Sequence record: PV796108.1
Reading direction: 5' to 3' (one strand)
Length of the DNA stretch: 64,000 bases
Shown here: positions 45,931-55,118 of the stretch, one piece after another
How the letters are laid out: every line of letters begins with the position of its first letter
How positions within the stretch are numbered: position 1 is the first letter of the stretch
Notes under the pieces: model-generated
Databases searched by the model: none
What the model was told of the DNA's origin: nothing
Seen by the model: the letters and a program-made list of their open reading frames with translations, nothing else
Made by a program: the position numbers and the translations under genes

Positions 45931-46671
45931 CTATAATGATGCGTTGAAGTCTCTAGCAATAAATGTATAGACTTCTTCAACAGGGCTTCCGTCCCTCCCG
46001 ACGACTTGCGAAACACCTGTTAGTTGCACACCTGTCAATGTTTGTGCCGTAGCTGCTACTTTATTACCATTCGTTTGAGTCATTGGACCATACTGGACAA
46101 CGATGTTGAATCCCATATCGCCTAGTTCTTTTTGTCCACCTTCACTACCATTTACATGGTTTGTGAAGTAACTACTCTGGCTTCGTATAGCGCTATTTGT
46201 TGTAATGGAATTAATACCTTGTTCTTCCCAAAATGTTTTTTCGAACTTGTCAGCTACCGCATAGAAGTTTTCTCCTGATGCCGCTTCCACTGCTTGTTCT
46301 AATGTAAGGTTGCTTTTGAAATTATCATAACTGAAGACTGCTCCATTATCTGGAGAGGTAAGAGGGGCTTGTAATCTTTCGAGTGCTGATTGCAGATAGA
46401 ATGATTCTTTAAAGTTGATGGAGAACTGACCTTGAATTTGACGAGACCCTCGTGCTACCTTATCCCATGTATAAGAAGCATACCCAAAGATCGGCGCTAC
46501 GTTTTCCTGCATCGAAAATTGTAACCCTGTTATCTCATCCAACCAAATATCATTAAAGTAAATTCTAACATCTGCACCAGTAAAATATTGTTCATTGAAT
46601 CTCTTATACTCAACTGTTTGTCCTGGAGAGTTATATGAATATCCAAAAACACGAGGTGTAGTGTTTCCCAT
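45931..46671 (-). CDS. Tail tube-like protein 3 (divergent paralog)
   Basis: Start moved to 46671 (AGGAGG RBS). YFTGADVRIYFN...APIFGYAS...ARGSRQIQGQFSIN...YTFIARD aligns by eye with the two tube genes. Confidence 0.7.
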   Translation of the reverse strand: MGNTTPRVFGYSYNSPGQTVEYKRFNEQYFTGADVRIYFNDIWLDEITGLQFSMQENVAPIFGYASYTWDKVARGSRQIQGQFSINFKESFYLQSALERLQAPLTSPDNGAVFSYDNFKSNLTLEQAVEAASGENFYAVADKFEKTFWEEQGINSITTNSAIRSQSSYFTNHVNGSEGGQKELGDMGFNIVVQYGPMTQTNGNKVAATAQTLTGVQLTGVSQVVGRDGSPVEEVYTFIARDFNASL

Positions 46672-46699
46672 TTTATACCTCCTTTTCCTTATCACCGTT

Positions 46700-46729
46700 A
46701 TCGTAACGATTCGTTTCGTTAAAAGTCAA
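46700..46729 (-). promoter_or_regulatory. sigmaA-like promoter TTGACT-N18-TACGAT; the -10 overlaps an inverted repeat CGTTA-tcg-TAACG
   Basis: -35 at 46724-46729 and -10 at 46700-46705, in the only gap between tube genes 2 and 3. Confidence 0.5.
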
Positions 46730-46736
46730 GCGTTTA

Positions 46737-47309
46737 TTAATACTCTGTATACACATCATCAATGCCATCTGGGTCCATTAAATCAATATCCATTGCAATG
46801 TACTGCATTGTATTCTCAGTAATCATATCTTCGATAGACATTGTTTGTCCTTCTGTAAGTATATGAACTCCATAGATATTGAGAGTAGAAGCATTACCAT
46901 ACTCATTCATGAAGTTTATGTTTATATCAAAAGGAGGAAGCTCATCTGTCTTCATATTCTTTTTCATTAAACTAATTTCTTCAGAAGTGAAGTCGAAGTC
47001 TGTACGGCTTCCAGTGTATGGTGATTCTCTTGGAGTTGCACCGTTCTCATAGCTTCGCATTACATTCTTTAATACGTGTCTATCAAACACTGTAAAGATA
47101 AGTGTGCCAGCAATCGTACGTTGCCCTCGTACAACACCTTTAGGATTAATACGACCTAATGCATATACAGGTGATGTAGGACGATAAATACTGTATGTTA
47201 CAGTCTGTAGTTCTCCGAATACGATTGGCTTACCATTTAATGGAGTGATTGTAGCTAGGATGTCAGAACCACCAAATGATGTATATGTTCTATTATTATA
47301 TTTTGTCAT
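46737..47309 (-). CDS. Tail tube protein 2
   Basis: SFGGSDI...GELQTVTYSI...RGQRTIAGTLIFTVFDR...DELPPFDININFMNEYG; close paralog of tube 1. Confidence 0.8.
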   Translation of the reverse strand: MTKYNNRTYTSFGGSDILATITPLNGKPIVFGELQTVTYSIYRPTSPVYALGRINPKGVVRGQRTIAGTLIFTVFDRHVLKNVMRSYENGATPRESPYTGSRTDFDFTSEEISLMKKNMKTDELPPFDININFMNEYGNASTLNIYGVHILTEGQTMSIEDMITENTMQYIAMDIDLMDPDGIDDVYTEY

Positions 47310-47324
47310 ACTGCTTCCTCCCTA

Positions 47325-47350
47325 TAAAAAAAGAGGGCACTAGGCCCTCT
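47325..47350 (-). terminator. Intrinsic terminator after tube 1
   Basis: AGAGGGC-CTAGT-GCCCTCT followed by TTTTTT. Confidence 0.85.
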
Positions 47351-47360
47351 CCTCTTGAGT

Positions 47361-47936
47361 TTATCGAATGTCGTCGTAAGCGTCAGCTACCATGTCTTCG
47401 ATATCACGAGCTACGAAAGTACAAGCCTTTTCAGTTGTGATGTCGTCGATAGACATTCCCATACCTTCATTTAGAATCTCTACTCCGTAGATTGTCATCT
47501 TAGAAGAGTTACCATATTCGTTCATGAAGTTTACTGTAATGTCGAATGGTGGAATTTCATCTGTGTACTTTGGACGAACTTTTTCTTTCCAACGACCAGG
47601 AATGTCTTGAATAGTTAAGTTGTATTCATGAACTGGAGTTGGATTTTGTTGTTCAGCAGATGAGTTCATTGCGTGACGGAATACGCCAGGTTCTGCTTTT
47701 AATTGGTGTAACGCATCACGGTCAAACACTGTGAATACGATAGAGCCAGCAATACCACGTTTACCACGAGAGAATGAACGTGGGTTAGGATCACCCATAG
47801 TGTATACAGGTACCTTTTCACGAGTTACAGAGTAAGTGATAGCTTGAAGCTCCCCTACTACTCGACCATTGAAAGTAGCCATGATGTCAGCGCCACCGAA
47901 AGTTGTATACGTTCTTGTATATGTGCTTGCAGACAT
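47361..47936 (-). CDS. Tail tube protein 1 (probably the major tube)
   Basis: TFGGADI...GELQAITYSV...RGKRGIAGSIVFTVFDR...DEIPPFDITVNFMNEYG; directly follows the sheath gene. Confidence 0.8.
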   Translation of the reverse strand: MSASTYTRTYTTFGGADIMATFNGRVVGELQAITYSVTREKVPVYTMGDPNPRSFSRGKRGIAGSIVFTVFDRDALHQLKAEPGVFRHAMNSSAEQQNPTPVHEYNLTIQDIPGRWKEKVRPKYTDEIPPFDITVNFMNEYGNSSKMTIYGVEILNEGMGMSIDDITTEKACTFVARDIEDMVADAYDDIR

Positions 47937-47963
47937 TTGTATTGCCCCCTTTTATTTGTTTGG

Positions 47964-47988
47964 AATAACAAGCCCCCACAAGGAGGGC
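47964..47988 (-). terminator. Weak terminator or stabilising hairpin after the sheath gene
   Basis: GCCCTC-CTTGT-GGGGGC followed by TTGTTATT. Confidence 0.5.
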
Positions 47989-47994
47989 AAGCTA

Positions 47995-49572
47995 TTAGAA
48001 GTTAGGACGTAAAGATACGTTAACTTGGATTTTACGCATTTCGAATGCTGGGATGATTTCTAAAGTCACGATACATTCTGATAAAGAGTTACCACGACGT
48101 ACAACGCTGAAGCGGTAGTCACGGATAGCACCCTCAGTCTTCATCGCTTCTAATCCACCTTTAATCGTTGCGTTTAAAGAGTTGAAACGTGGGAAGTCAT
48201 TTGGTTCACCAATGAATGGTTCACAAACTGTTCTCACTAACTCAGTAGCTGCTTGAGTAATACGTAGAGTAGAAAGACGAGAATAATCAGAAGTACGTTT
48301 TACACCATCTACGAAGTAGTCTGGAGCAGTAGTGATACCGTCTGTACAAACAACTTGGTTGTTACGTAAGCGGAATGTTACATACTTTTGACCAGTTAAT
48401 AGATTTAATTGGCGAAGAGATAAGTTGTAGTGGATAGAAGCAACACCAGGAACACGTTTGTTCGTTGGAGCAGATTCTGCACGAAGCGTAGAAGTTAATG
48501 CTGCGTAAGATACAACAGAACTCATGTAGTGAAGAGAAGACTTACCAGGAAGGTTGAAGCCGAACTCTGGGCAAGCTACTACAGAAACATAACCAGAATA
48601 CTCATTATCTAACTTAGCTAATTTATCAACGTGACGTTTTACGTTAGCCAATGAGTTGTCAATTGGAGCTGATGTCCCAATGTAAGTTAGAACAGCATTA
48701 TGAGTTAATGTCTGTATTTCAGCGTAGTCTGCTAAAAGTTGTGCGAAGTTACCTACGTGGATTGTACCAGTATCATGCTTCTCACGTTTAGAAAGACCAG
48801 GCTTGATTCCAAGAGGAGCAGTTGTGTCTGCTTTAAGTGTGATTGGCTTATCAGAGATGATAGTTAATACACCTTCAACCAATGCAACATCAAGTTTAGC
48901 TGTTCCTGCTGGAGTAGCAGCTGATAAAGCTGATTTAATGTCAGCAATGAAGTCCTCGATTTTTTTGTTTTGACCATCGTAAGTTACTGCTGCTAATGTA
49001 GCCGTACGGTCTACACCGCCTTCAGAGAATACGATTTTGTCTGTTTTGTCCAATTCGACTTTGATTGGAGCAGATAATACAGCGTCAGCATGAAGCATTT
49101 CAGCATAGTGTACGATACCAGGTACGTTCGGGAAGTTTTCAATTCCTTCGATATCTGGAAGGTCCTCTACTTTAATGTCAGCTACTTCGCTATCCACGAA
49201 TACACCATGTAATACAACGTGGTCTACTGTGAAGTCTGCTAAGATACCAAACAATGCATCTTGTAAATAAGCGAATTGCTCTTTTGAGTCTTTTCCTTTT
49301 ACAGCCATTAAATAAGTACGACGGTTACCAGCATCAAATGCTGCTTTCCAAGCTGCTGCAATTGGGTTAACCTCGCCGTTCATTACGAATGTACCGAAGC
49401 CAAATGTTACTAAGTCGCTAGATTGACGAATTAATACTGGTTGGCCTGGAGCATCTGCAACTAAAGATGGTGCTAAGATTAATAGACTTTGTGTGCTTGT
49501 ATCCTCTGGAAGGATTAAACCACCGTCTGCGATATTAACCTCAATACCAGGTAGGTTTGTAAAGTTAGCCAT
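47995..49572 (-). CDS. Major tail sheath protein
   Basis: Start moved to 49572 (MANFTNLPG, AAGGAGG RBS). Sheath C-terminal signature RLSTLRITQAATELVRTVCEPFIGEPN...IRDYRF...LEIIPAFEMRKI. Confidence 0.85.
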   Translation of the reverse strand: MANFTNLPGIEVNIADGGLILPEDTSTQSLLILAPSLVADAPGQPVLIRQSSDLVTFGFGTFVMNGEVNPIAAAWKAAFDAGNRRTYLMAVKGKDSKEQFAYLQDALFGILADFTVDHVVLHGVFVDSEVADIKVEDLPDIEGIENFPNVPGIVHYAEMLHADAVLSAPIKVELDKTDKIVFSEGGVDRTATLAAVTYDGQNKKIEDFIADIKSALSAATPAGTAKLDVALVEGVLTIISDKPITLKADTTAPLGIKPGLSKREKHDTGTIHVGNFAQLLADYAEIQTLTHNAVLTYIGTSAPIDNSLANVKRHVDKLAKLDNEYSGYVSVVACPEFGFNLPGKSSLHYMSSVVSYAALTSTLRAESAPTNKRVPGVASIHYNLSLRQLNLLTGQKYVTFRLRNNQVVCTDGITTAPDYFVDGVKRTSDYSRLSTLRITQAATELVRTVCEPFIGEPNDFPRFNSLNATIKGGLEAMKTEGAIRDYRFSVVRRGNSLSECIVTLEIIPAFEMRKIQVNVSLRPNF

Positions 49573-49573
49573 C

Positions 49574-50230
49574 TTAATTTCCTCCTTTATTTCTTGATGG
49601 AATCTCAATATGAATTTCATTTTGAGTATATGAGTCATCTGCTAGATTCATTTTCGACTGAATCGTTGCAGTAACTTTTTCGATAATACCGCTATTCATT
49701 TCAGTTAGTTCCTCTAAACGTAGTAGATAGGTAATCTCTCGCCCTACCATCGTATCTCGATAGAACCCAGCATCCATGTCTTTACATTCTCGGAAGAGAA
49801 TATCTTCTACACCTTGCTCCATTAAGAAGCCTTGGTAGGTAGACATTAATTTACGGAAGTCTCTTGCTAGTGCATCAGCCTTTCCATTTGACTCTTCCCA
49901 TATAAAAAACTTCATTACACAATCCATGATTTGACCTTTAATCGTAATCGTTTCATTAGCTTTTGTCTGGGGGTTTTCGACAACGAACTGCTGACGAATA
50001 CGAGGTTTAATCTCGACTGTCTTTTCTCCAAGAGTACCAGGCTTCAAAGATTCAACCTTGTAGGTAATAACAGGAGTAGTGATTGTTTTTGGGTCTGTAC
50101 CAGAAGGCCAAGCTTCTGTGAACGTCCCCCAATCTTCTCCCCAAACCGCTGGGATTAAGTTATGCAGGAGTGTGGTGAACCCATCTGCATCTAAACACCC
50201 TTTAGCTTGCAACCGATGTTCTCTTTGCAT
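49574..50230 (-). CDS. Tail terminator / tail completion protein
   Basis: PVITYKV...KFFIWEESNGKADALARDF...REITYLLRLE; synteny directly before the sheath gene. Confidence 0.55.
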   Translation of the reverse strand: MQREHRLQAKGCLDADGFTTLLHNLIPAVWGEDWGTFTEAWPSGTDPKTITTPVITYKVESLKPGTLGEKTVEIKPRIRQQFVVENPQTKANETITIKGQIMDCVMKFFIWEESNGKADALARDFRKLMSTYQGFLMEQGVEDILFRECKDMDAGFYRDTMVGREITYLLRLEELTEMNSGIIEKVTATIQSKMNLADDSYTQNEIHIEIPSRNKGGN

Positions 50231-51681
50231 TAGCTATTCCCCCTTGCTATATAGACTGTTGTATTGGACTGTACTCTTTCGATCTCGCCATAAAATTGGA
50301 AGACCAAATCTATGACTGCTAGAGTATCTGATTCTTGATAAGAGATAGAAGACTCATAGTTTCGAACCCATTGGTTCTTCACATATTCATCTAATATTTC
50401 TTTTAAGAATTGTTCAAGTTGTTGTTTCTGTCTTCGTAACATAGGGTCACCAATGAACTGGCTTGTCTTTAATTGGAGTTCGTAATGAAGGTACTGGATA
50501 GTACGAACGATATGAGGTTTGTGTGCGGGTAGTTTTGTAGAAGAAAAAAACGTAGCGTAAAAAGGAACGTACCCCTTTCGAATAGAAGGTACAATACAGA
50601 TATAACCATTAGACGATAACGATGCAACATATTTCTGCGATAATTCGTAATTTAATCCTAAAATTCCTTCTAATTTCTTATTTGTAGGAATAATGTTATG
50701 TTTTATCGTTCCAAGTAATGCTCCGTAGGCAGGTGCCATAGATATCATCGGGCCATCTATTTCGAAATAACCTTCGCCAATAACCACCTGTACATGTTCA
50801 TATTTACCCTTCTCTACATTCATGAGAGCTTCTTTCTTATCAGCAACAGATTCATTTGTAACAGTCGTAATAGGTTCAGTACCAATAACAACTGTACAAC
50901 CAATATCACTAACCTCTGCTTTTTCTCTCGCAAAGTCCTCTAGCTTTTGTACAAAACTAAAGTCATCTTCCATATACCATCCTGCTAATACCATTGTATT
51001 GAAGTTCAGCATACCTAAATACGGGTGAACACTATCATCTTCAAATAGATTAGCGGCTACGGCTTCTGTTAATAATTGCTTATCATGAGCTTGCCAATCC
51101 TTATCCCATCTATTTTCACACATCCACGTATCTGAAACGCCATTGTTTAATTGAATTAAAATAGGTAATTCTAATGAGAAGGATAGCTTTGCATCAGATA
51201 ACGGATGAGCCATTACACCTGTCAATCCGAATGTAGCATCGTTATTAATAGCCTGTACTAGTTCTTGCACAGTTGTATAACGAGAGAAGTCGTATTCACG
51301 GCGACGTCCACCTACACCTGACTCGTCTATCAATAGATGTGTCTCATATAACATGATGCGAATGTCATTTCCATACTCTCCACCGCAGATTGCATATAAC
51401 TTAAACATCTCAGTACCCGTTACAGGGTGTTTAACGACTGTCTCAGCATGTTCTCCGTTGATACGGTATAAAACTATGTCAGGAACTTTAGCAGCCGCAC
51501 AAGCAGTGTACGCATCGTATAAAGGACTATCACCTAAGAACTCTTTTGCATCTTCTTCAGAGTACAATAAGAATGGTGTGCCAACTGGTCCACCTTGTGA
51601 TGGTCCCACTAATAAGACAGTAGAGAACGGGTCATATTGTTTTTCCTCGGCATAAGCAAAATACTTTTTAGAATTATGCAT
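50230..51681 (-). CDS. Second, divergent tail sheath-like protein
   Basis: N-terminal LLVGPSQGGPVGTPFLLYS; C-terminal RTIQYL...QFIGDP...VRNYE...QFYGEIERV. Confidence 0.7.
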   Translation of the reverse strand: MHNSKKYFAYAEEKQYDPFSTVLLVGPSQGGPVGTPFLLYSEEDAKEFLGDSPLYDAYTACAAAKVPDIVLYRINGEHAETVVKHPVTGTEMFKLYAICGGEYGNDIRIMLYETHLLIDESGVGGRRREYDFSRYTTVQELVQAINNDATFGLTGVMAHPLSDAKLSFSLELPILIQLNNGVSDTWMCENRWDKDWQAHDKQLLTEAVAANLFEDDSVHPYLGMLNFNTMVLAGWYMEDDFSFVQKLEDFAREKAEVSDIGCTVVIGTEPITTVTNESVADKKEALMNVEKGKYEHVQVVIGEGYFEIDGPMISMAPAYGALLGTIKHNIIPTNKKLEGILGLNYELSQKYVASLSSNGYICIVPSIRKGYVPFYATFFSSTKLPAHKPHIVRTIQYLHYELQLKTSQFIGDPMLRRQKQQLEQFLKEILDEYVKNQWVRNYESSISYQESDTLAVIDLVFQFYGEIERVQSNTTVYIARGNS

Positions 51682-51689
51682 ACAATCAC

Positions 51690-52214
51690 CTACTTTCCAT
51701 ATACAAGTTCATAACCTATTTCAAATGCTTTCTCTACGATACGAATACCACGAATCTCTTTTTGGATTGGTTGGTCATGGACATAAACCTTCTTATAGAT
51801 AAGCTCATCACGTTCGAAGTGATATGGAGATATATGAGACACTTCAAACAAGTCTCCTCCGTTATAGATAGGAACGCCTTGTGGTGTCCAATCCACTTCT
51901 AGGATTAAGTCTCCTTGTTTCACTTGTGTAATTATATCCATGTAATAGAAACGACCTGGTACCATCATTTCACCAAAGTTTCCTGCTTGTCCAAGTAATG
52001 CCAATGTTTCAGGTACACTCGTATCTGTATTTCTTGCTAGATGTTTTTCGATAATAGGAACACTACCCAAACCAAAACAGCTTGGGCAGTCCCTTTGTGC
52101 TTCTTGTCTCTTTTCATCCCAGCAAGAACATTTGGTCATATTACTTGCACGAATCAGCAAACAGTTTCGTCCATACTTTTCTAAGATACCTCGAAACTTT
52201 TGATACAGATTCAT
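51690..52214 (-). CDS. Head closure / neck protein with a Cys4 zinc-binding motif
   Basis: KCSCWD...DCPSCFGLG; synteny after the adaptor gene. Confidence 0.55.
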   Translation of the reverse strand: MNLYQKFRGILEKYGRNCLLIRASNMTKCSCWDEKRQEAQRDCPSCFGLGSVPIIEKHLARNTDTSVPETLALLGQAGNFGEMMVPGRFYYMDIITQVKQGDLILEVDWTPQGVPIYNGGDLFEVSHISPYHFERDELIYKKVYVHDQPIQKEIRGIRIVEKAFEIGYELVYGK

Positions 52215-52226
52215 ACAGTAACCTCC

Positions 52227-53747
52227 CTAGTTCATTTGTTTTAATGTTACACGATCTATGAACGGTGGGAATGGGTTTCCTACGCCGCCCTTTTGAACGC
52301 TTGTTGGTTTTGCATATCCACGATTAAAGTGACCATGCATCCAATCTAGCCATGGTTTCATAGCATTCTGGAAGTATCTCATAAGAGATAGTACATCTGA
52401 AACAGTAGATTTGTCCTCTACCTGCAAGTCACCTAACTTGATTGCTTCTTTACCACCAGCACCCATACGCACACAAGTATCAAGTAACATACCGTAAGCT
52501 ACCTTACATCTCACGTATTGTGATACTTCATATGGGAATGCACCATCTTTATATAGAGCTGCATCAAATGATTTAGATTTAAAAGCGATTTGATAAGCTT
52601 CTTTACTAGCTTCATGAATACGTTTTGCTAATGAGAAATCAGAGACATCAGCGATTAGATGTCCGATATCTTCTCGTATTACATCAATAGATACATAGAA
52701 AGGATTCATAGGAGTATGGAAAGTAACACTATGTGTAACTCCTAATCCAAGCCCAGATTCAGATGCAATCTTACTACGAAGGATAATCGTATAAGCTTTG
52801 TTCTCATCTAGTTTTTCTGGGAGCGTCACTTTGATTACTCTTCCTTCTTCTATAGATACTACTGTTCCTTCAACAGCTTTATTCTTTGAGAATACGGTAT
52901 GAAGCTCCATTGGGGAGTATTCGTTTTTACCTTCTGCTTCAACCATATACACAGTAGAATCATCCACTGTTGTTTCATCTAGTTTCTCTGAGAAGGAAAT
53001 AAATACTTCGCTCTCTTTCATATCTAAGCTATTGTTTGTTGGATAGCTTTCAATCATTCGTAAACCTGTTCCAGTTATAGGTGGCTTCGGGTCCTCAGGT
53101 TTCTTTTCGATATTAAATACCGCAGATACCCACTTACTTTCTACATCCTTTTGCTTACTCTTGATATGAGCCGTGTACGTGCCCTCCTTGAAGGTGATAG
53201 GCATCTCTAAGGACTGTTGGGTTACAGCGTAGATAGGTTCGTTTACAGGCCATATAACGGGCGCATCAGGACCAGTGTTTCCTTCTGTAATAAATAGATG
53301 GTAAACAACTTGCTCAGTAGGAATAAATGTAATAGGTGGTAACCAAGCGAATGTAATCGCAGAAGGTTTCACTGTAGCTACAAATGATTGTGGCTCTGAT
53401 ACAGATGCCTCACCTTTTGTAGAGAATGAGTAAGTCTTATTTACTCCAATGATGTCTCCTAATACGGTCTTAACACCATTTGATTCTCCTATAATCATAA
53501 TTTCATATTGAGCTAGTGCTTCTAATGGTGCAGTAGGGGTAACAATCAGTTCTTTATTCGTACGAACATATTCATACGTACAAGCAACTTTTGCTCCGTT
53601 TACTTTTGTTAAGTATACTGTTCCTTCATTTAATGAACTTACATTCATGTCCGCTTGGAAACGTACACGTACTTTTGTATCCACTGCAACGTTCTGTTCT
53701 TTGTTAGCAGGATAAACATATGTTACTAAGAATGGATTTGCAGCCAT
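52227..53747 (-). CDS. Head-tail adaptor-like protein with N-terminal Big_5 (SbsA-type) Ig and FN3-like domains
   Basis: Start moved to 53747 (GAGGTG RBS). YPANKEQNVAVDTKVRVRFQADMN and YPTNNSL...ISFSEKLD are Big_5-like; helical adaptor-like C-terminus. Confidence 0.6.
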   Translation of the reverse strand: MAANPFLVTYVYPANKEQNVAVDTKVRVRFQADMNVSSLNEGTVYLTKVNGAKVACTYEYVRTNKELIVTPTAPLEALAQYEIMIIGESNGVKTVLGDIIGVNKTYSFSTKGEASVSEPQSFVATVKPSAITFAWLPPITFIPTEQVVYHLFITEGNTGPDAPVIWPVNEPIYAVTQQSLEMPITFKEGTYTAHIKSKQKDVESKWVSAVFNIEKKPEDPKPPITGTGLRMIESYPTNNSLDMKESEVFISFSEKLDETTVDDSTVYMVEAEGKNEYSPMELHTVFSKNKAVEGTVVSIEEGRVIKVTLPEKLDENKAYTIILRSKIASESGLGLGVTHSVTFHTPMNPFYVSIDVIREDIGHLIADVSDFSLAKRIHEASKEAYQIAFKSKSFDAALYKDGAFPYEVSQYVRCKVAYGMLLDTCVRMGAGGKEAIKLGDLQVEDKSTVSDVLSLMRYFQNAMKPWLDWMHGHFNRGYAKPTSVQKGGVGNPFPPFIDRVTLKQMN

Positions 53748-53760
53748 CATATCACCTCGC

Positions 53761-53783
53761 AAAAAAGGGCGGTGTTACCCGCC
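53761..53783 (-). terminator. Intrinsic terminator after the 281-aa Ig protein
   Basis: GGCGG-GTAACA-CCGCC followed by CTTTTTT. Confidence 0.8.
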
Positions 53784-53800
53784 ACTTATTATTGTTTATC

Positions 53801-54646
53801 TTATGCTTCTGGTTCTGGTTCAGTTGGTTTAGCAGCAACAGTAGCTGATGCTTTATCAGACTGTACGTACTCACGAACAGCGATTACGTCTACTACTTCA
53901 CCTTTTACTAACGCACGAGTTGTAATAGAGTAAGAGCCAGTAGAGTTAGCTTCACCTAGTTTAGTAGAACCAACGTAAGCTTCTACTTTAACTCCGTTAG
54001 TAGCAGTACCTTTAACCACTGTGTCACCTTCAGTTAATGCATCTACCTTAGGAGCAGCTGGTTTAGCTACGTCTTTCAGTAAACCAGATTTAACACCAGT
54101 TTGGTTTTGAGCTTCAGCTAAAGTATAAGTAGTTGTTCTACCAGTTGCATCTGTAACTGAGTCAACACCTTTGGCAATGAAGTTAGAGTATCCAGATGGT
54201 TTCGTTACTGTTACGTAATAAACACCAGCGTCAATAGCATCAAACTTGAAGTCACCTTTTGAATCAGTAACTACGTCTTTAACTTTTGTTCCATCAGATT
54301 TAAATAATGATACTGTAACAGAAGCTAGTCCTAAGTCAGTGCCAGCATCAAATCGACCATTACGGTTAACGTCCGACCATACGTTACCAGCTAATGTAGC
54401 AGGTGTTGGTGGGTTAATATCTTCCGCAACGAAGTCATTAAATAACTCTACATCATTTGGTAAAACCATTAATAGATTTTGTCGCACTAATGAGTCAATA
54501 CCTGTGAAGTCCATGCCTTCATGAATGTTATATAGTTTTAAATATTTATCTGTTCCAGCATGGAACGTAATACCTGTTTTATCATCTGTAAAGCCGTGTC
54601 CTCTATACGATGGACTAACAGCAACGGTTACACGTTTCTTTGCCAT
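53801..54646 (-). CDS. Surface decoration protein with an SdrD B-type (Cna-B-like) domain and a C-terminal Ig-like domain
   Basis: LAGNVWSDVNRNGRFDAGTDLGLASVTVSL...TDSKGDFKFDAIDAGVYYVTVTKPSGY; start MAKKRV with AGGAG RBS. Confidence 0.7.
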   Translation of the reverse strand: MAKKRVTVAVSPSYRGHGFTDDKTGITFHAGTDKYLKLYNIHEGMDFTGIDSLVRQNLLMVLPNDVELFNDFVAEDINPPTPATLAGNVWSDVNRNGRFDAGTDLGLASVTVSLFKSDGTKVKDVVTDSKGDFKFDAIDAGVYYVTVTKPSGYSNFIAKGVDSVTDATGRTTTYTLAEAQNQTGVKSGLLKDVAKPAAPKVDALTEGDTVVKGTATNGVKVEAYVGSTKLGEANSTGSYSITTRALVKGEVVDVIAVREYVQSDKASATVAAKPTEPEPEA

Positions 54647-54665
54647 ATTGCACACTCCTTATCAT

Positions 54666-54697
54666 ATAAATAAGACCCCTACATTCCGTAGAGGTCT
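54666..54697 (-). terminator. Intrinsic terminator after the 115-aa gene
   Basis: AGACCTCTAC-GGAAT-GTAGGGGTCT followed by TATTTAT. Confidence 0.65.
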
Positions 54698-54707
54698 CTA
54701 GGTGTTC

Positions 54708-55055
54708 TTACTGTTGATTCAATTGAATTGTACCAGTAAGGTTAATTGGAGATGCTTGAGATTGAGAGAATTGCTCTTTGTTGTAGTAAATCAAATCGAA
54801 TGGGTAATACGTAGAAGGTGCAAACAATTCTTCACCCTCATTTAGATAGAAGACATGTAAATCATTGGCTTTAAACTCAATAAACATTTCTTTATCCTCA
54901 AGGACTTCTTTTGTTCCAAACTTATGAAAAGTATTTGGATAGTTGAAGTTGTATGAACGGATTCCTACATACCCACCACCTGGTACTCCTTTAGCGATTG
55001 CTACTGGAACACCGTTTGCGTTTTGTCTACCTGCAAACTTTACAATCTTCATCAA
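54708..55055 (-). CDS. Hypothetical 115-aa protein after the capsid gene
   Basis: AGGAGG RBS; flanked by terminators; no recognisable motif. Confidence 0.7.
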   Translation of the reverse strand: MMKIVKFAGRQNANGVPVAIAKGVPGGGYVGIRSYNFNYPNTFHKFGTKEVLEDKEMFIEFKANDLHVFYLNEGEELFAPSTYYPFDLIYYNKEQFSQSQASPINLTGTIQLNQQ

Positions 55056-55076
55056 GCATTCCTCCTAATATTTTAT

Positions 55077-55104
55077 ATTGAAGAGAAAGCCCGAAGGCTC
55101 TCTC
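55077..55104 (-). terminator. Terminator with a UUCG tetraloop after the major capsid gene
   Basis: GAGAGAGCC-TTCG-GGCTTTCTC followed by TTCAAT. Confidence 0.75.
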
Positions 55105-55118
55105 AAACAATCAAGCTA

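Noticed and set aside
45931-51681. Calling the locus a bacterial eCIS or tailocin
   Set aside because: Terminase, portal, protease and capsid genes are present in the same operon, so it is a DNA-packaging phage.
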